Positions 1 to 11,000 of a stretch of DNA of 64,000 nucleotides are shown piece after piece. Source of the stretch: Deltaproteobacteria bacterium (GTDB lineage Bacteria > Myxococcota_A > UBA9160 > SMWR01); NCBI GenBank assembly GCA_032128115.1, contig JAQBHB010000002.1:10646-74645 (forward strand), in the 5' to 3' direction. The notes under the pieces were generated by a model. It had not been told where the DNA came from and did not search any database. It worked only from the letters and a program-made list of their open reading frames with translations. The position numbers were made by a program, and so were the translations under genes. Every line of letters begins with the position of its first letter. The first letter of the stretch is position 1.

Positions 1-138
1 CCCTGGGATGCCGCGCCCACCCAGGTGCTGGTACCCGAGGCGGGCGGCGCGTGTGTAACGCTTTCACACGGCGGCAAGCTGGGGCTCGTGTTCGGAAGCC
101 CCGCCCTCGTCGAGCAGCTGCAGGAGTTCCTGGATTAG
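1..138 (+). CDS. 3' end of an inositol monophosphatase-family protein (partial)
   Basis: Frame 1 reads PWDAAPTQVLVPEAGG...QEFLD*, matching the C-terminal IMPase/HisN motif WDxAa...EAGG. Confidence 0.7.
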   Translation, partial: PWDAAPTQVLVPEAGGACVTLSHGGKLGLVFGSPALVEQLQEFLD

Positions 139-569
139 CGAGCCCTGAGAACCACCAGGGTGGCAGTGCGGTGGGCGCCGTGAAGGTGGCAATAGATGCG
201 GTGGAGCACGCCCCCCTCGAGCGGCGGCAGCTCGATGCGCGCTTCCTGACCCGCCTCGAGCAGCACCTGGATCTCCGTCCCGTCGATGGCGAAGCCGTGG
301 GGTGCCTCGGTGCCGTTGTAGACCGAGAGCACGTAGGGCTTGTCGGCGACCACCGCGACGGTGGACGGAATGAAGACATTTTTCCCGCCGACCAGGGCGC
401 TCACGATCTGCACGGTGCTTGCGTCGCTTGTGTACCCGACGAGCGGATCCGTGACGTCGATGTTGCTCGTGAGCGAGCAGCCACTGGCCAGCGCCAGCAT
501 TGACGCGGCGACGGCCCGGCGGACCGCGCGCGGCCGCACCAGAAGAGGAATCTCCGGAATCACCATCAC
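135..569 (-). CDS. cupredoxin-domain lipoprotein
   Basis: Lipobox-like LASGC; HGF and YCHLHGAH copper-ligand-like motifs. Confidence 0.7.
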   Translation of the reverse strand: MMVIPEIPLLVRPRAVRRAVAASMLALASGCSLTSNIDVTDPLVGYTSDASTVQIVSALVGGKNVFIPSTVAVVADKPYVLSVYNGTEAPHGFAIDGTEIQVLLEAGQEARIELPPLEGGVLHRIYCHLHGAHRTATLVVLRAR

Positions 570-670
570 GCTGCCTTCCTCCTCGTTTCGCAGAACTCCT
601 GGCAGGAGCCACGCTATCCTATGGCGCCTGCTTTTTCACGACCTCGACCCTCAATCCCGAGAGGCTCTTC

Positions 671-2320
671 ATGGCCCCCGCAACCCCCCTGGATGACGCC
701 CGGCTGCTGCTCTCCGGAGCGGAACAACTCGTGGAACGCGCCCTGGCCCGCGCGCGAGAGATCACCCGCAACGGCCGCGACATCGACGATCACCAGATCC
801 TGACCGAGCGGGTGACCTATGCGGCCACCGAGGCCCGGGCGGCCCGCGAGCTGGTGGACTTCACCGCGGCGCTTTGCGCCGACGGCCGCGGCAGCGAGAC
901 TCTCGTGCGCCTGTGCGGCGCCTCGGTGAGCGAACTGGCAGTGCGCCTGCGTGCGCGGCTGGAAGCGGCCATCGACGACCTGGGCCTGGGGGAAGCCGCA
1001 CTCGAGCAGGCCTTTCCCGCCGAGGCCCGCGCGGCCATGCGTCGGGCCGGGCACGAGTCGGTGCTGCGCGGCCTGGGGCAGGAGGTGGCCCGCACCCGCG
1101 GCCGCATCGAGGTGCCCCTGGACGAAATGCTCGAGCAGGTGCGCGAGGCCGTGCGCGAATTTGCCGAGCGCGAGGTGGCGCCCCACGCCGAGCGCATCCA
1201 CCGCAACGACGATCTGGTGCCCGAGGAGTTCATCCGGAAGATGTCCGAGCTGGGTTATTTCGGGCTCTCGGTTCCCGAGGAATATGGCGGCGCCGAGATG
1301 GGCAACCTGGCCATGATCCTCACCACCGAGGAACTCTCGCGGGCGTCGCTGGCGGCGGCGGGCTCGCTGATCACGCGCCCCGAAATCCTCACCAAGGCCC
1401 TGCTCCAGGGCGGCAGCGAGGAGCAGAAGCGCGCGTGGCTGCCCCGGATCGCGGCCGGCGAGGTGATGGTGGGCATCTCCGTGACCGAGCCGGACGTGGG
1501 CAGCGACGTGGCGTCGCTGAAGTGTCGAGCCGAACGCGGAAACGTGGACGGCGAGGAGGGCTGGATCGTCAACGGCCCCAAGTCCTGGTGCACCTTCGCC
1601 GGCCGCGCCGATGTGCTTGCGCTGCTGGCCCGCACCGATCCGGACGCTTCGCTCGCGGCCAGGGGGTTGTCTCTGCTGATCGTGCCCAAGGATCGCTTCG
1701 ACGGGCACGCCTTCGAGATGAAGCAGCCGGGCGGTGGCAAGCTGTCGGGCAAGGCCGACGCCACCCCGGGCTACCGGGGCATGCATTCGTTCACCCTGAA
1801 CTTCGAGAACTATTTCGTGCCCGCCGAGAACCTGGTGGGGGGCGATGCCGGCCTGGGACGCGGCTTCTATCTCCAGATGGCGGGCTTCGCGGCCGGACGT
1901 CTCCAGACCGGCGGGCGCGCCTGCGGCCTGGCCCAGGCGGCCCTGGAGAAGACGGCAGAGTACGTGGTGGACCGGGTGCAGTTTGCGAAGCCCATCTCCG
2001 ACTTCCAGCTCACCCAGTACACCCTGGGCCGGATGGCGGCACAGCTCGCCGCCGCTCGCGCTCTCACCTACGCCGCCGCAACGGCCATGGACGAGGACGA
2101 GCGGAAGGCCGCGCCCCTTGCGGCCCAGGCGAAGCTCCTGGCCTGCGACGTGGCGGTCGAGGTGAGCCAACAGGGACAGTTGCTGCACGGAGGCTGGGGC
2201 TACGCCGAGGAATATCCCATCAGCCGCTACGTGGTCGATGCCCAGGTGCTGCCCATCTTCGAGGGCGTGAAGCCGATCCTGGAACTGAAGGTGATCGGTC
2301 GGGCGCTCCTGAACGAGTAG
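671..2320 (+). CDS. acyl-CoA dehydrogenase with N-terminal extension
   Basis: TEPDVGSDV, NGPKSW, RVQFAKPI, HGGWGY and IFEG motifs; ATG at 671 chosen as start. Confidence 0.92.
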   Translation: MAPATPLDDARLLLSGAEQLVERALARAREITRNGRDIDDHQILTERVTYAATEARAARELVDFTAALCADGRGSETLVRLCGASVSELAVRLRARLEAAIDDLGLGEAALEQAFPAEARAAMRRAGHESVLRGLGQEVARTRGRIEVPLDEMLEQVREAVREFAEREVAPHAERIHRNDDLVPEEFIRKMSELGYFGLSVPEEYGGAEMGNLAMILTTEELSRASLAAAGSLITRPEILTKALLQGGSEEQKRAWLPRIAAGEVMVGISVTEPDVGSDVASLKCRAERGNVDGEEGWIVNGPKSWCTFAGRADVLALLARTDPDASLAARGLSLLIVPKDRFDGHAFEMKQPGGGKLSGKADATPGYRGMHSFTLNFENYFVPAENLVGGDAGLGRGFYLQMAGFAAGRLQTGGRACGLAQAALEKTAEYVVDRVQFAKPISDFQLTQYTLGRMAAQLAAARALTYAAATAMDEDERKAAPLAAQAKLLACDVAVEVSQQGQLLHGGWGYAEEYPISRYVVDAQVLPIFEGVKPILELKVIGRALLNE

Positions 2321-2332
2321 GCGGAATCGGGC

Positions 2333-2716
2333 TCAGCCCGTCGACTGGGCGCCGCCGCACTGCGCACACTGGCTCTCCAGCTGACTGTTCCGGGAGTGGC
2401 ACGCGGGGCAGGTCCAGCCGCGCTGCTCCTTCAGGGCGCGCCAGCTGTAGTAGATCGCGGCCACCGCCAGCACCCCGAAGCCGTAGCGGTTGAACTTGAG
2501 CCACTCCATGTCCTTGTTGAACCAGCCGTCGTAGCCGAACCAGAGGGCGAAGGCGATCAGGAGTACGGGCAGGAAGAAGGGGTGGTCGAACGGGGTCGAC
2601 TGCTGCTCATCATCCTCCCACTCTTCCTCTTCTTCTGCTTCTGCTTCTGCTTCGAGTTCTTTTTCGGGATCGGCCGGCCCCGGACCCGGCGGCGACTCGG
2701 TCTTCTCGTCGGCCAT
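2333..2716 (-). CDS. small membrane protein with acidic N-terminus and C-terminal zinc finger
   Basis: Two hydrophobic segments; WTCPAC...CAQC (RanBP2-type Zn finger pattern). Confidence 0.65.
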   Translation of the reverse strand: MADEKTESPPGPGPADPEKELEAEAEAEEEEEWEDDEQQSTPFDHPFFLPVLLIAFALWFGYDGWFNKDMEWLKFNRYGFGVLAVAAIYYSWRALKEQRGWTCPACHSRNSQLESQCAQCGGAQSTG

Positions 2717-2785
2717 GCGGTGACCATAGCCCTGCCACCCGGCCGCGGGCCACCTGCCGACCCGTCCTGGCGCCGGGCGCGCGGC

Positions 2786-4096
2786 TCAGTCGCCCTCGAA
2801 CAGCAGGCGCAGCACGTCGATCATGGGCTGCACGTCCGCACTGCCCGCCATCTCGCGACAGGAATGCATGGAGAGCATGGGGTTGCCCACGTCCACGGTC
2901 GGGATGCCCACCCGCGCAGCGGTGATGGGGCCGAGGGTAGAGCCGCAGGCCATGTCGTTGCGCGACGCAAAATGCTGTGGGCGCGTGCCCTGGCGCTCGC
3001 ACAGCGTCGTGAAGAGCCCGACCGTGTGAGCGTCGCTGGCGTAGGACAGGTTGGCGTTGTGCTTGATCACCGGGCCTCGTCCCAACACGGGCTGGTGTCC
3101 AGGTTCGTGCTTCTCGGCGTAGTTCGGATGCACGGCGTGGGCCATGTCCGCCGACACCAGCAGCGAGCTCGCCAGGGCCCGCGCCAGCCCCTGGGGCTCG
3201 CCGCCCTTGAAGCCGGACACCAGCCGCGCAAGCGCGTCGGTCAGGAGCGTCCCTGCGGCCCCCTGGGCACTGCGGCTGCCCACCTCCTCGTGGTCGAACA
3301 GAACCACCACCCGCGTGAAGGCGGGCTCGGGCCCGGGCCCGGGCGAGGCCGATGCCAGCGCCGTGAGGGCGGCGTGGCACGAGGCCAGATTGTCCAATCG
3401 CGAGGCGTGGATGAACTCGCCCCGCAGGCCCGACACCGCCGCCGGTTGGGTGTCGTAGGCCATGAGATCGAAGGCCAGCACCGCCGCCGGCGAAACGTCG
3501 GCGATCGACTGGGCGCGCAGCTCCCCGGCCAGAAGCTCGCGCAGCGGCGGCGCGTCTTCGAGGCCGGCCACTGGCACCGCGTGCGTCTGGGGATTGAGCT
3601 TGAGTCCCTCACTCCGCAGCTCGCGTTGCAGGTGGATGGCCAGGTTGGGGACGCGCAGCAGCGGGCGCCCGAAGTCGATCAGCAGCGGGCGCAGCGCCCC
3701 GGACTCGCGCAGGGTCACGCGCCCGGCGAGAGAGAGGTCGCGGTCGAACCACGTGTGGAGCAGCAGACCCCCGTAGGGCTCCACGGCCAGCTGGCGATAG
3801 CCATGGGCCGTGACGTCCGCCAGCGGCTTGACCCGCAGGTTCGGAGAATCGGTGTGGGCTCCCACCACCCGGAAGCCGCCGTCCACCGGCGACACGGCCC
3901 CCACCTGGAAGGCCACCAGACTGCCCCCGCCCCGCACCACGTAGCGGCGCTCGCCGGGCGAGAGGTCCCACGTCTCGGACTCGGCCGCTTCCTGGTAGCC
4001 GACGTCGCGCAGTCGCCGCACGGCCTCGGCCACCGCGTGGTAGGGCGTGGGCGAACGATCGATGAAGCGCAGCAGATCCGCCACTGCGTCGGACAT
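2786..4096 (-). CDS. M18 family (aspartyl) aminopeptidase
   Basis: SPTPYH, AHTDSP, RLDNL, DHEEVGS, DMAHAVHPNY and SMHSCRE motifs. Confidence 0.93.
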   Translation of the reverse strand: MSDAVADLLRFIDRSPTPYHAVAEAVRRLRDVGYQEAAESETWDLSPGERRYVVRGGGSLVAFQVGAVSPVDGGFRVVGAHTDSPNLRVKPLADVTAHGYRQLAVEPYGGLLLHTWFDRDLSLAGRVTLRESGALRPLLIDFGRPLLRVPNLAIHLQRELRSEGLKLNPQTHAVPVAGLEDAPPLRELLAGELRAQSIADVSPAAVLAFDLMAYDTQPAAVSGLRGEFIHASRLDNLASCHAALTALASASPGPGPEPAFTRVVVLFDHEEVGSRSAQGAAGTLLTDALARLVSGFKGGEPQGLARALASSLLVSADMAHAVHPNYAEKHEPGHQPVLGRGPVIKHNANLSYASDAHTVGLFTTLCERQGTRPQHFASRNDMACGSTLGPITAARVGIPTVDVGNPMLSMHSCREMAGSADVQPMIDVLRLLFEGD

Positions 4097-4121
4097 GGCG
4101 AGCAGCATACCGCAGCCCGGG

Positions 4122-5588
<1,467 letters not shown>

Positions 5589-5650
5589 GCCCCGCCCCCC
5601 CGGCGTCGGATTGTCGAGAGATTGCGACCGCCGTCAAGGGCGGCGCCCGG

Positions 5651-5723
5651 CCCGTACTATCCTGACCCCCGTACTACCCTGACCTGACCCCCGTACTACC
5701 CTGACCCCCGTACTATCCTGACC
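5651..5723. repeat. 4 x 17-bp tandem repeat CCCGTACTA(T/C)CCTGACC with one 5-bp insertion
   Basis: Units at 5651, 5668, 5690 and 5707 in the divergent intergenic region. Confidence 0.9.
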
Positions 5724-5727
5724 CGCC

Positions 5728-7653
5728 GTGGGGCAAGGCAGCGACGGGCGCGTCTGGTGGGGGATCGGCCTCTCGCTGGCGCTGGCGTACACAGCACTCG
5801 CCGCGGCCTCGCCCCTGGCGGTGGGCATCTGGCAGGACGACGCGATCTACGTGGTGACCGGCAGGGCGCTGGCCGCTGGCGAGGGCTACCGCCACGAAGA
5901 ACTCGCGAGCCGTCCGCTCCAGACCAAGTACCCCATTCTGTACCCCGCCGTGCTCGCGCTCTCGTTCCGCGCATCACCGGATTTCCCCGGGAACCGGGCG
6001 CTGTGGATGGCGCCCACGGCCCTGTCCGCTGCTGCGTTGGTGGTGCTGTCGATGCTCTACTGCCGCGCCGCCTTCCGATTTGGCCGCCGCGAGATCCTTG
6101 TCCTGAGCGGATTCGCCGCGGCGGCACCGGCCCTGGTGGCCTTCGTCCGCTACCCGATGAGCGATCTGGTATACGGCGCGCTGGCGGTCGCAGCGCTCGT
6201 GTGTCTCGACGTGCGTCGCGAATCGGCGCCGAGCCGGGCGAGCGCCCTGGGTTGGACGGCGCTGGGAGGGTTGCTGGTGGGCCTGGCCGTGCTGACGCGC
6301 AGTATCGGCGTCTCGCTGGCATTCGCGGCCGTGGTCCTGCCCCTGGTGCAACGGCGCCTGGCCCACGCGGGCGTCGCGGCGCTGGCCCTCGCGGTCTGCG
6401 CCGGACCCTGGTGGATCTGGCAGGCCTGGGCAGCGGGCCAGAATGGCGACCTGCAGTCCGGGTTGCTGGAGGGCAGCGACCTCTCCTACGCCCTCTGGAT
6501 CCCGCCGAACCTCGGCGAGCCGTTGCGCATCGTCGCCCACAACCTGCTGCGAAGCGCGGTCGGCCTGGCGCACTTCCAGCTGGCCTTTCCCCGCGCTTTC
6601 GTGGGCTCGGCACTGGCGGGCGACACCACCGCGTGGATGCACGTGCTGGTGTGGCCCCTGGTGCTGGCGCTGCTCGTCGGCTTCGCGCGCAGCCTACGCC
6701 ACGGCGTTCGCACCCTGCACGTGTACGCAATCGCCTACGCCGGCATGGTCCTGGTGTGGCCCTTCGAGCCGTACCGATTCCTGTTGCCCTGGACCCCGTT
6801 TCTCCTGGCGTTCCTGGGATGGGGCCTGCTTCTGCCGGGTCGCGGCCGCCTTCTCGCCGTCGCGGCGGCCGCGACACTCGCCGTGCTGTTTGCGGTGGAG
6901 GACGGGCGTCTGCTCGCGTCGAGCGACGAGCGCTACTACCTGCGCGAGCGCTTGCCCGGCGTGGATCTCGTCGAGGTCGAAGCGCTCGAGCGCTGGATCG
7001 GCGCCAATACACCCGAATCCGCCGTGATCGCCTCGGCGTGGCCGGCCCGCTTCTACCTCACCACGGGTCGCCGCGGCGTGGTGACCTGGCCCGACCGCGA
7101 CCCCTACACGCGCTACTACGGTCGGGACCGGAGCACCTGGACCTTCACCGCCGTCCCGGCGCGATCCGAGACGATTGCCATGGCGCGCGACATGCGAGCC
7201 CACTGGCGCGACGCCTGGCAGGGCGCGGGCGTCAGCCACTACGTGGAGTCGCGCGACATGCGCGACGCCCTGGTGTTTGCAGCGAGCGTGCGCGGCCCCT
7301 CGAAGGCATTCGAGGAGATGTATGAGACACCCGGAGAAGGCTTCCGCGTCTACCGGATCGATTGGGACGTACAGGACAGTGAAGGCGTTTCAGGCGCCGG
7401 CGTGCCGCGTGAGTCCGCGCAGGAACAGGTCGATGGCGTCGTCGAAGACACGATCCAGCCGGCGACGCCGCAGGCGCCGGCGCTGAGCGGATCGCTCGGT
7501 CTGGATGATCCCGTTGGCCAGGGTCCACAGGATGTTGGCAGTCTCCCAGGGGTCGTAATCGAGAAACACGCCTTCACGGACGCCCTCTTCGATGATCTGG
7601 GCCAGCATCCGCAGGTTGCGCTCCCACAGGCAGGTCACCTGTTCCACCAGTGA
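5728..7653 (+). CDS. polytopic membrane protein, GT-C/ArnT-like glycosyltransferase
   Basis: DDAIY, KYPILYP and MSDLVY motifs; many TMs; 3' end overlaps TetR by 264 bp, so the true end may be near 7380. Confidence 0.65.
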   Translation: MGQGSDGRVWWGIGLSLALAYTALAAASPLAVGIWQDDAIYVVTGRALAAGEGYRHEELASRPLQTKYPILYPAVLALSFRASPDFPGNRALWMAPTALSAAALVVLSMLYCRAAFRFGRREILVLSGFAAAAPALVAFVRYPMSDLVYGALAVAALVCLDVRRESAPSRASALGWTALGGLLVGLAVLTRSIGVSLAFAAVVLPLVQRRLAHAGVAALALAVCAGPWWIWQAWAAGQNGDLQSGLLEGSDLSYALWIPPNLGEPLRIVAHNLLRSAVGLAHFQLAFPRAFVGSALAGDTTAWMHVLVWPLVLALLVGFARSLRHGVRTLHVYAIAYAGMVLVWPFEPYRFLLPWTPFLLAFLGWGLLLPGRGRLLAVAAAATLAVLFAVEDGRLLASSDERYYLRERLPGVDLVEVEALERWIGANTPESAVIASAWPARFYLTTGRRGVVTWPDRDPYTRYYGRDRSTWTFTAVPARSETIAMARDMRAHWRDAWQGAGVSHYVESRDMRDALVFAASVRGPSKAFEEMYETPGEGFRVYRIDWDVQDSEGVSGAGVPRESAQEQVDGVVEDTIQPATPQAPALSGSLGLDDPVGQGPQDVGSLPGVVIEKHAFTDALFDDLGQHPQVALPQAGHLFHQ

Positions 7654-8058
7654 CGCGGGGATCTCGCCGATCACCGACTGGTTCTCGATGGCCCAGAAGA
7701 TCTGGAAGTAGTCCGGGTTCTCGATGTAATGGCGAAAGTAGAAACGACTCGCCCGGCGGAGCTTCTCCACGGGCGAGAGCCCCGGACCCAGGGCGCCCTT
7801 GAATTTCTCGTCGAAGATCTCGCCATTGTGGCTGAGGATGGCCACGTAGAGTTCGGCCTTGCTGTCGAAATAGCGGTAGAGGGTGCCCTTGGCGACGCCG
7901 GCCTTGTCGGCCACCTCGTCCAGATTGGCATTCATGAAGCCGTCGCGGAAGAAGACCTCCTTGGCGGCTTCCAGGATGCGGCGGTGCGACTCGGCCTTCT
8001 TCTGCACCCGGCGCTGGCCGCCCGTGGGCAGGGGCGAGCCGGTTCTAACCTGTACCAC
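7390..8058 (-). CDS. TetR/AcrR family transcriptional regulator
   Basis: HTH ILEAAKEVF...VADKAGVAKGTLYRYFDSK. Confidence 0.92.
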   Translation of the reverse strand: MVQVRTGSPLPTGGQRRVQKKAESHRRILEAAKEVFFRDGFMNANLDEVADKAGVAKGTLYRYFDSKAELYVAILSHNGEIFDEKFKGALGPGLSPVEKLRRASRFYFRHYIENPDYFQIFWAIENQSVIGEIPASLVEQVTCLWERNLRMLAQIIEEGVREGVFLDYDPWETANILWTLANGIIQTERSAQRRRLRRRRLDRVFDDAIDLFLRGLTRHAGA

Positions 8059-11000
8059 GAACCAGCTCGGCGATCAGGTAGGGCCTCATGTCTTCGGGTT
8101 CCACGAGGGTTTCCAGGGAGCCCACCTCGCGGGCTCGCTCCACAGTGTGAACTCCATCGAACTCCGTGGCCAGCTCCGATTGCTTCTCCAGGTAGACCTT
8201 CCTCCAGGTCTTCTCCCACTCCGGGGAAGCGCCGCCACTCTCGGGGCGCCGGGCCGCCTGGCGTAGCGCCTCGATCCGAGGATCGGAGGCGGTCCGGGCC
8301 CGCACCTCGCGTCCCAGCACCACGGCGGCCGCGGGAGCGCCGCCGATCACCGAGGCGTAGGAGCCGGTCAGGGCCGCCGCGTGGAGGCTCTCGTTGAGCG
8401 CACGCGAGAAGACCACGTAGGCGCCGCCGTGGTAGCGGGACACCACCAGGAAGAGCAACGGCCCCTCGAAGTTCACCACCGCGCGGGCGATCTCCGCCCC
8501 GTATTCGAGCTGCCGCTTGCGCATGGACTCGGGCGAGCCATCGAAGCCGGAGAGGTTGGCCAGGATCACCACCGGGCGGTTGCCGCTGGCGGCGTTCAGG
8601 GCCCGGGCCACCTTCTTCGAGGACTGGGGGAACAGGGTGCCGCCCGACCAGGCCGTGGGGCCGTCTGCCGGGCGGTAGCCCGACCGCGGCAGGGTCCGGC
8701 TCTCGATGCCGATCAGGCTGACCGGTCGACCGCCCAGGTGGGTGTCCCAGACGATGGCCGTCTCGGCCCCGGCCCAGCCGCGCCAGCGCTCCAGGAAGCC
8801 GCCGTCGTGATCCACCACCGACTGCATCACGGCGCGCATGGAGAAGGGTCGTTTGCGGCCCGGGTTGGTGTCGGCATCGAAGATCTCGCCCACGCTCTCG
8901 AAGGGATGATCCTCCTCCGACGCACACGCGAATTCCGTCACCAGGCGCTGGCTGGGATCGGCGGTGACGTGGGCGCGTGGCCCCTTCTCACCCGGCACCA
9001 CATAGGTGTAGCGATAGTGCTCGTATAGGGTTCGATAGGCGTCCACCAGATCGCGGGCGAAGTACTGGGCCTCGCCGTTGGGACCCATCACACGTTCGTA
9101 GCCGCCGATCGCCACCTCATCTTCGGCCGACACGGATCCCGAAGCCTCCAGCGCCGCACGCCCCGTGAGCACCATGGAGGCTCCGGGGGTCATGATGAGG
9201 CAGCCCCGGGTGTGTTGGAGCATGGTGGCCAGGGCGTTGAAGTAGCTCTGGGCGCCCACGTTGACGCCGGCCACGATCACGTGGATCACGCCACCCGATT
9301 CGGTAAACGTGATGATGCGGCGGGCCACGCGCGCCGTGGCGTCCAGGTTCTCGGTGCCGCTGTCCATGGCGATGCGCGCGCCGCTGGACACGGGCACCCA
9401 CTCCAGCGGCAGGCCGCTCTGCTCCGCCAGGTCGATCGCGGCCACGATGCGATCGCACTCGGCCGCCGCCAGCGAGCCCATGCTCACCGTGGGGTCCGAG
9501 AGCACGAGCACGCGCTGGATACCTTCCGGGACCTTTTCGGTGGGCGTCGAGAGGATGCCCATCACGATCGAACAGTCGTTCATCCCATAGGGGCGCCCGG
9601 CGACGCTCACGGCCGTCGGGTGCCCGCACGTCGGGTCCAGATCGAACTCCTCGAACTCGCCCGCCGGGAGCTGGCCGGCCTTCTCGTCACGCGCCACGCC
9701 CTGACCGCCCGGCGTCCCGGTGAGAAGCCGAACGATCTCGTAGGGGTAGAGCAGACGCCGGCGCCGGGCCTTCACCACGTTGCGCTCGTAGTCTCGGGCG
9801 GGAACCAGGGGATCACTGTGCACGTCGCGCCACGAGAGTTCCATATGGCTGCCCGTGGGATCGGAAATCACGACCTCGAGGGAACGCGGCGGTCGGGTGG
9901 GCTCGGCGCGATCGAGCACGTTCAGGCGCACCACCACCTTCTCCAGGCCCAGGTGGCGTGTGGCCGGCGCCAGGCGGCGCGCCAGGCGCTGCACCAGGTC
10001 GTCGTCCAGGAACAGGCTCGGGGACACGAACAACGCGATGCGATTCCACTGCAGACGCCGGCGCGGGTCGCGCAGGCCCAGGTGGTTTCGCAGCGTGCGC
10101 GTCGCCTCGAAGAAGGCGCGCTCGAAGGCCGGCACGTGCAGCTGCGCCTCGTTTCCGGCGTCGGGTGAGCGACCCCGCACATCGGCAAGCACGAAGATGC
10201 GTTCGTCTCCGGGCACGTCAGGACTGCCCAGGTGGAAGCAGACGATTTCGTCCGGCGCCTCGAGCCGCTCCAGATCGAAGGCGCGCAGGCGGTCCAGGTC
10301 GATGCGCGCCGCGGTCTCCGGGTGCAGGCCGTGGAGGCCCGCGATCGGCACGAGGGGTCCCCCGGGACCCATGTAGCTGGAATGAACCGGGCGACCGTCT
10401 TCGGGCAGGTGCGACACGGTCAGGCGCTCGGCCGGGAGTCCGGAGGCCAGCACCGGCGCCAGGCTGTCGCGCAGTTCGGTCTCGTCGGGCACGGGCCCGG
10501 GCACCAGAAGCTCGATGGCGTGGACCTGACTGTGCCCCCGGCTCTGGGCTGCGGCGCGGGCGGCGCGCGACAGGCGCTCGAGCGCCGGAATCATCTCCTC
10601 TCGGCTGGCCACGCTGCCAAGCACCGTGCGGCCGTCGTGCAGGTCGATGCGCTCCACGTGCACCGTGCCAAGCACGCCGGAAGTGTGGCTCTCCAGCGCG
10701 GCCGGCGCGTAGAGCCGACACACGTGCGCCGCCACCGCCACCGCGCGCCGGCGCGGATCCTCCTCTACCAGCCAACGGCCCGCGCGATCGAAAACGCTCT
10801 GGGGCGACGCCGCCAGGTGAACCAGCACGGCGGCGGGCGGCGGCGTGGGTGCCGACTCGGCGGCGGCCAGCCAGGCCTCCACCTCCTTGGTGGTGCGGCG
10901 CGCCTCGTTTTCCAGCTTCGGCCCTTCGAAGATGGCGTAACCCGCCTCGATGGCGACGTCCGCCAGGGCGTCGGGCACCAGGCCGCGCATACCGGCGGTG

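Noticed and set aside
5651..5723. Mini-CRISPR or iteron array
   Set aside because: The units are directly adjacent with no unique spacers, and no rep or cas gene is nearby
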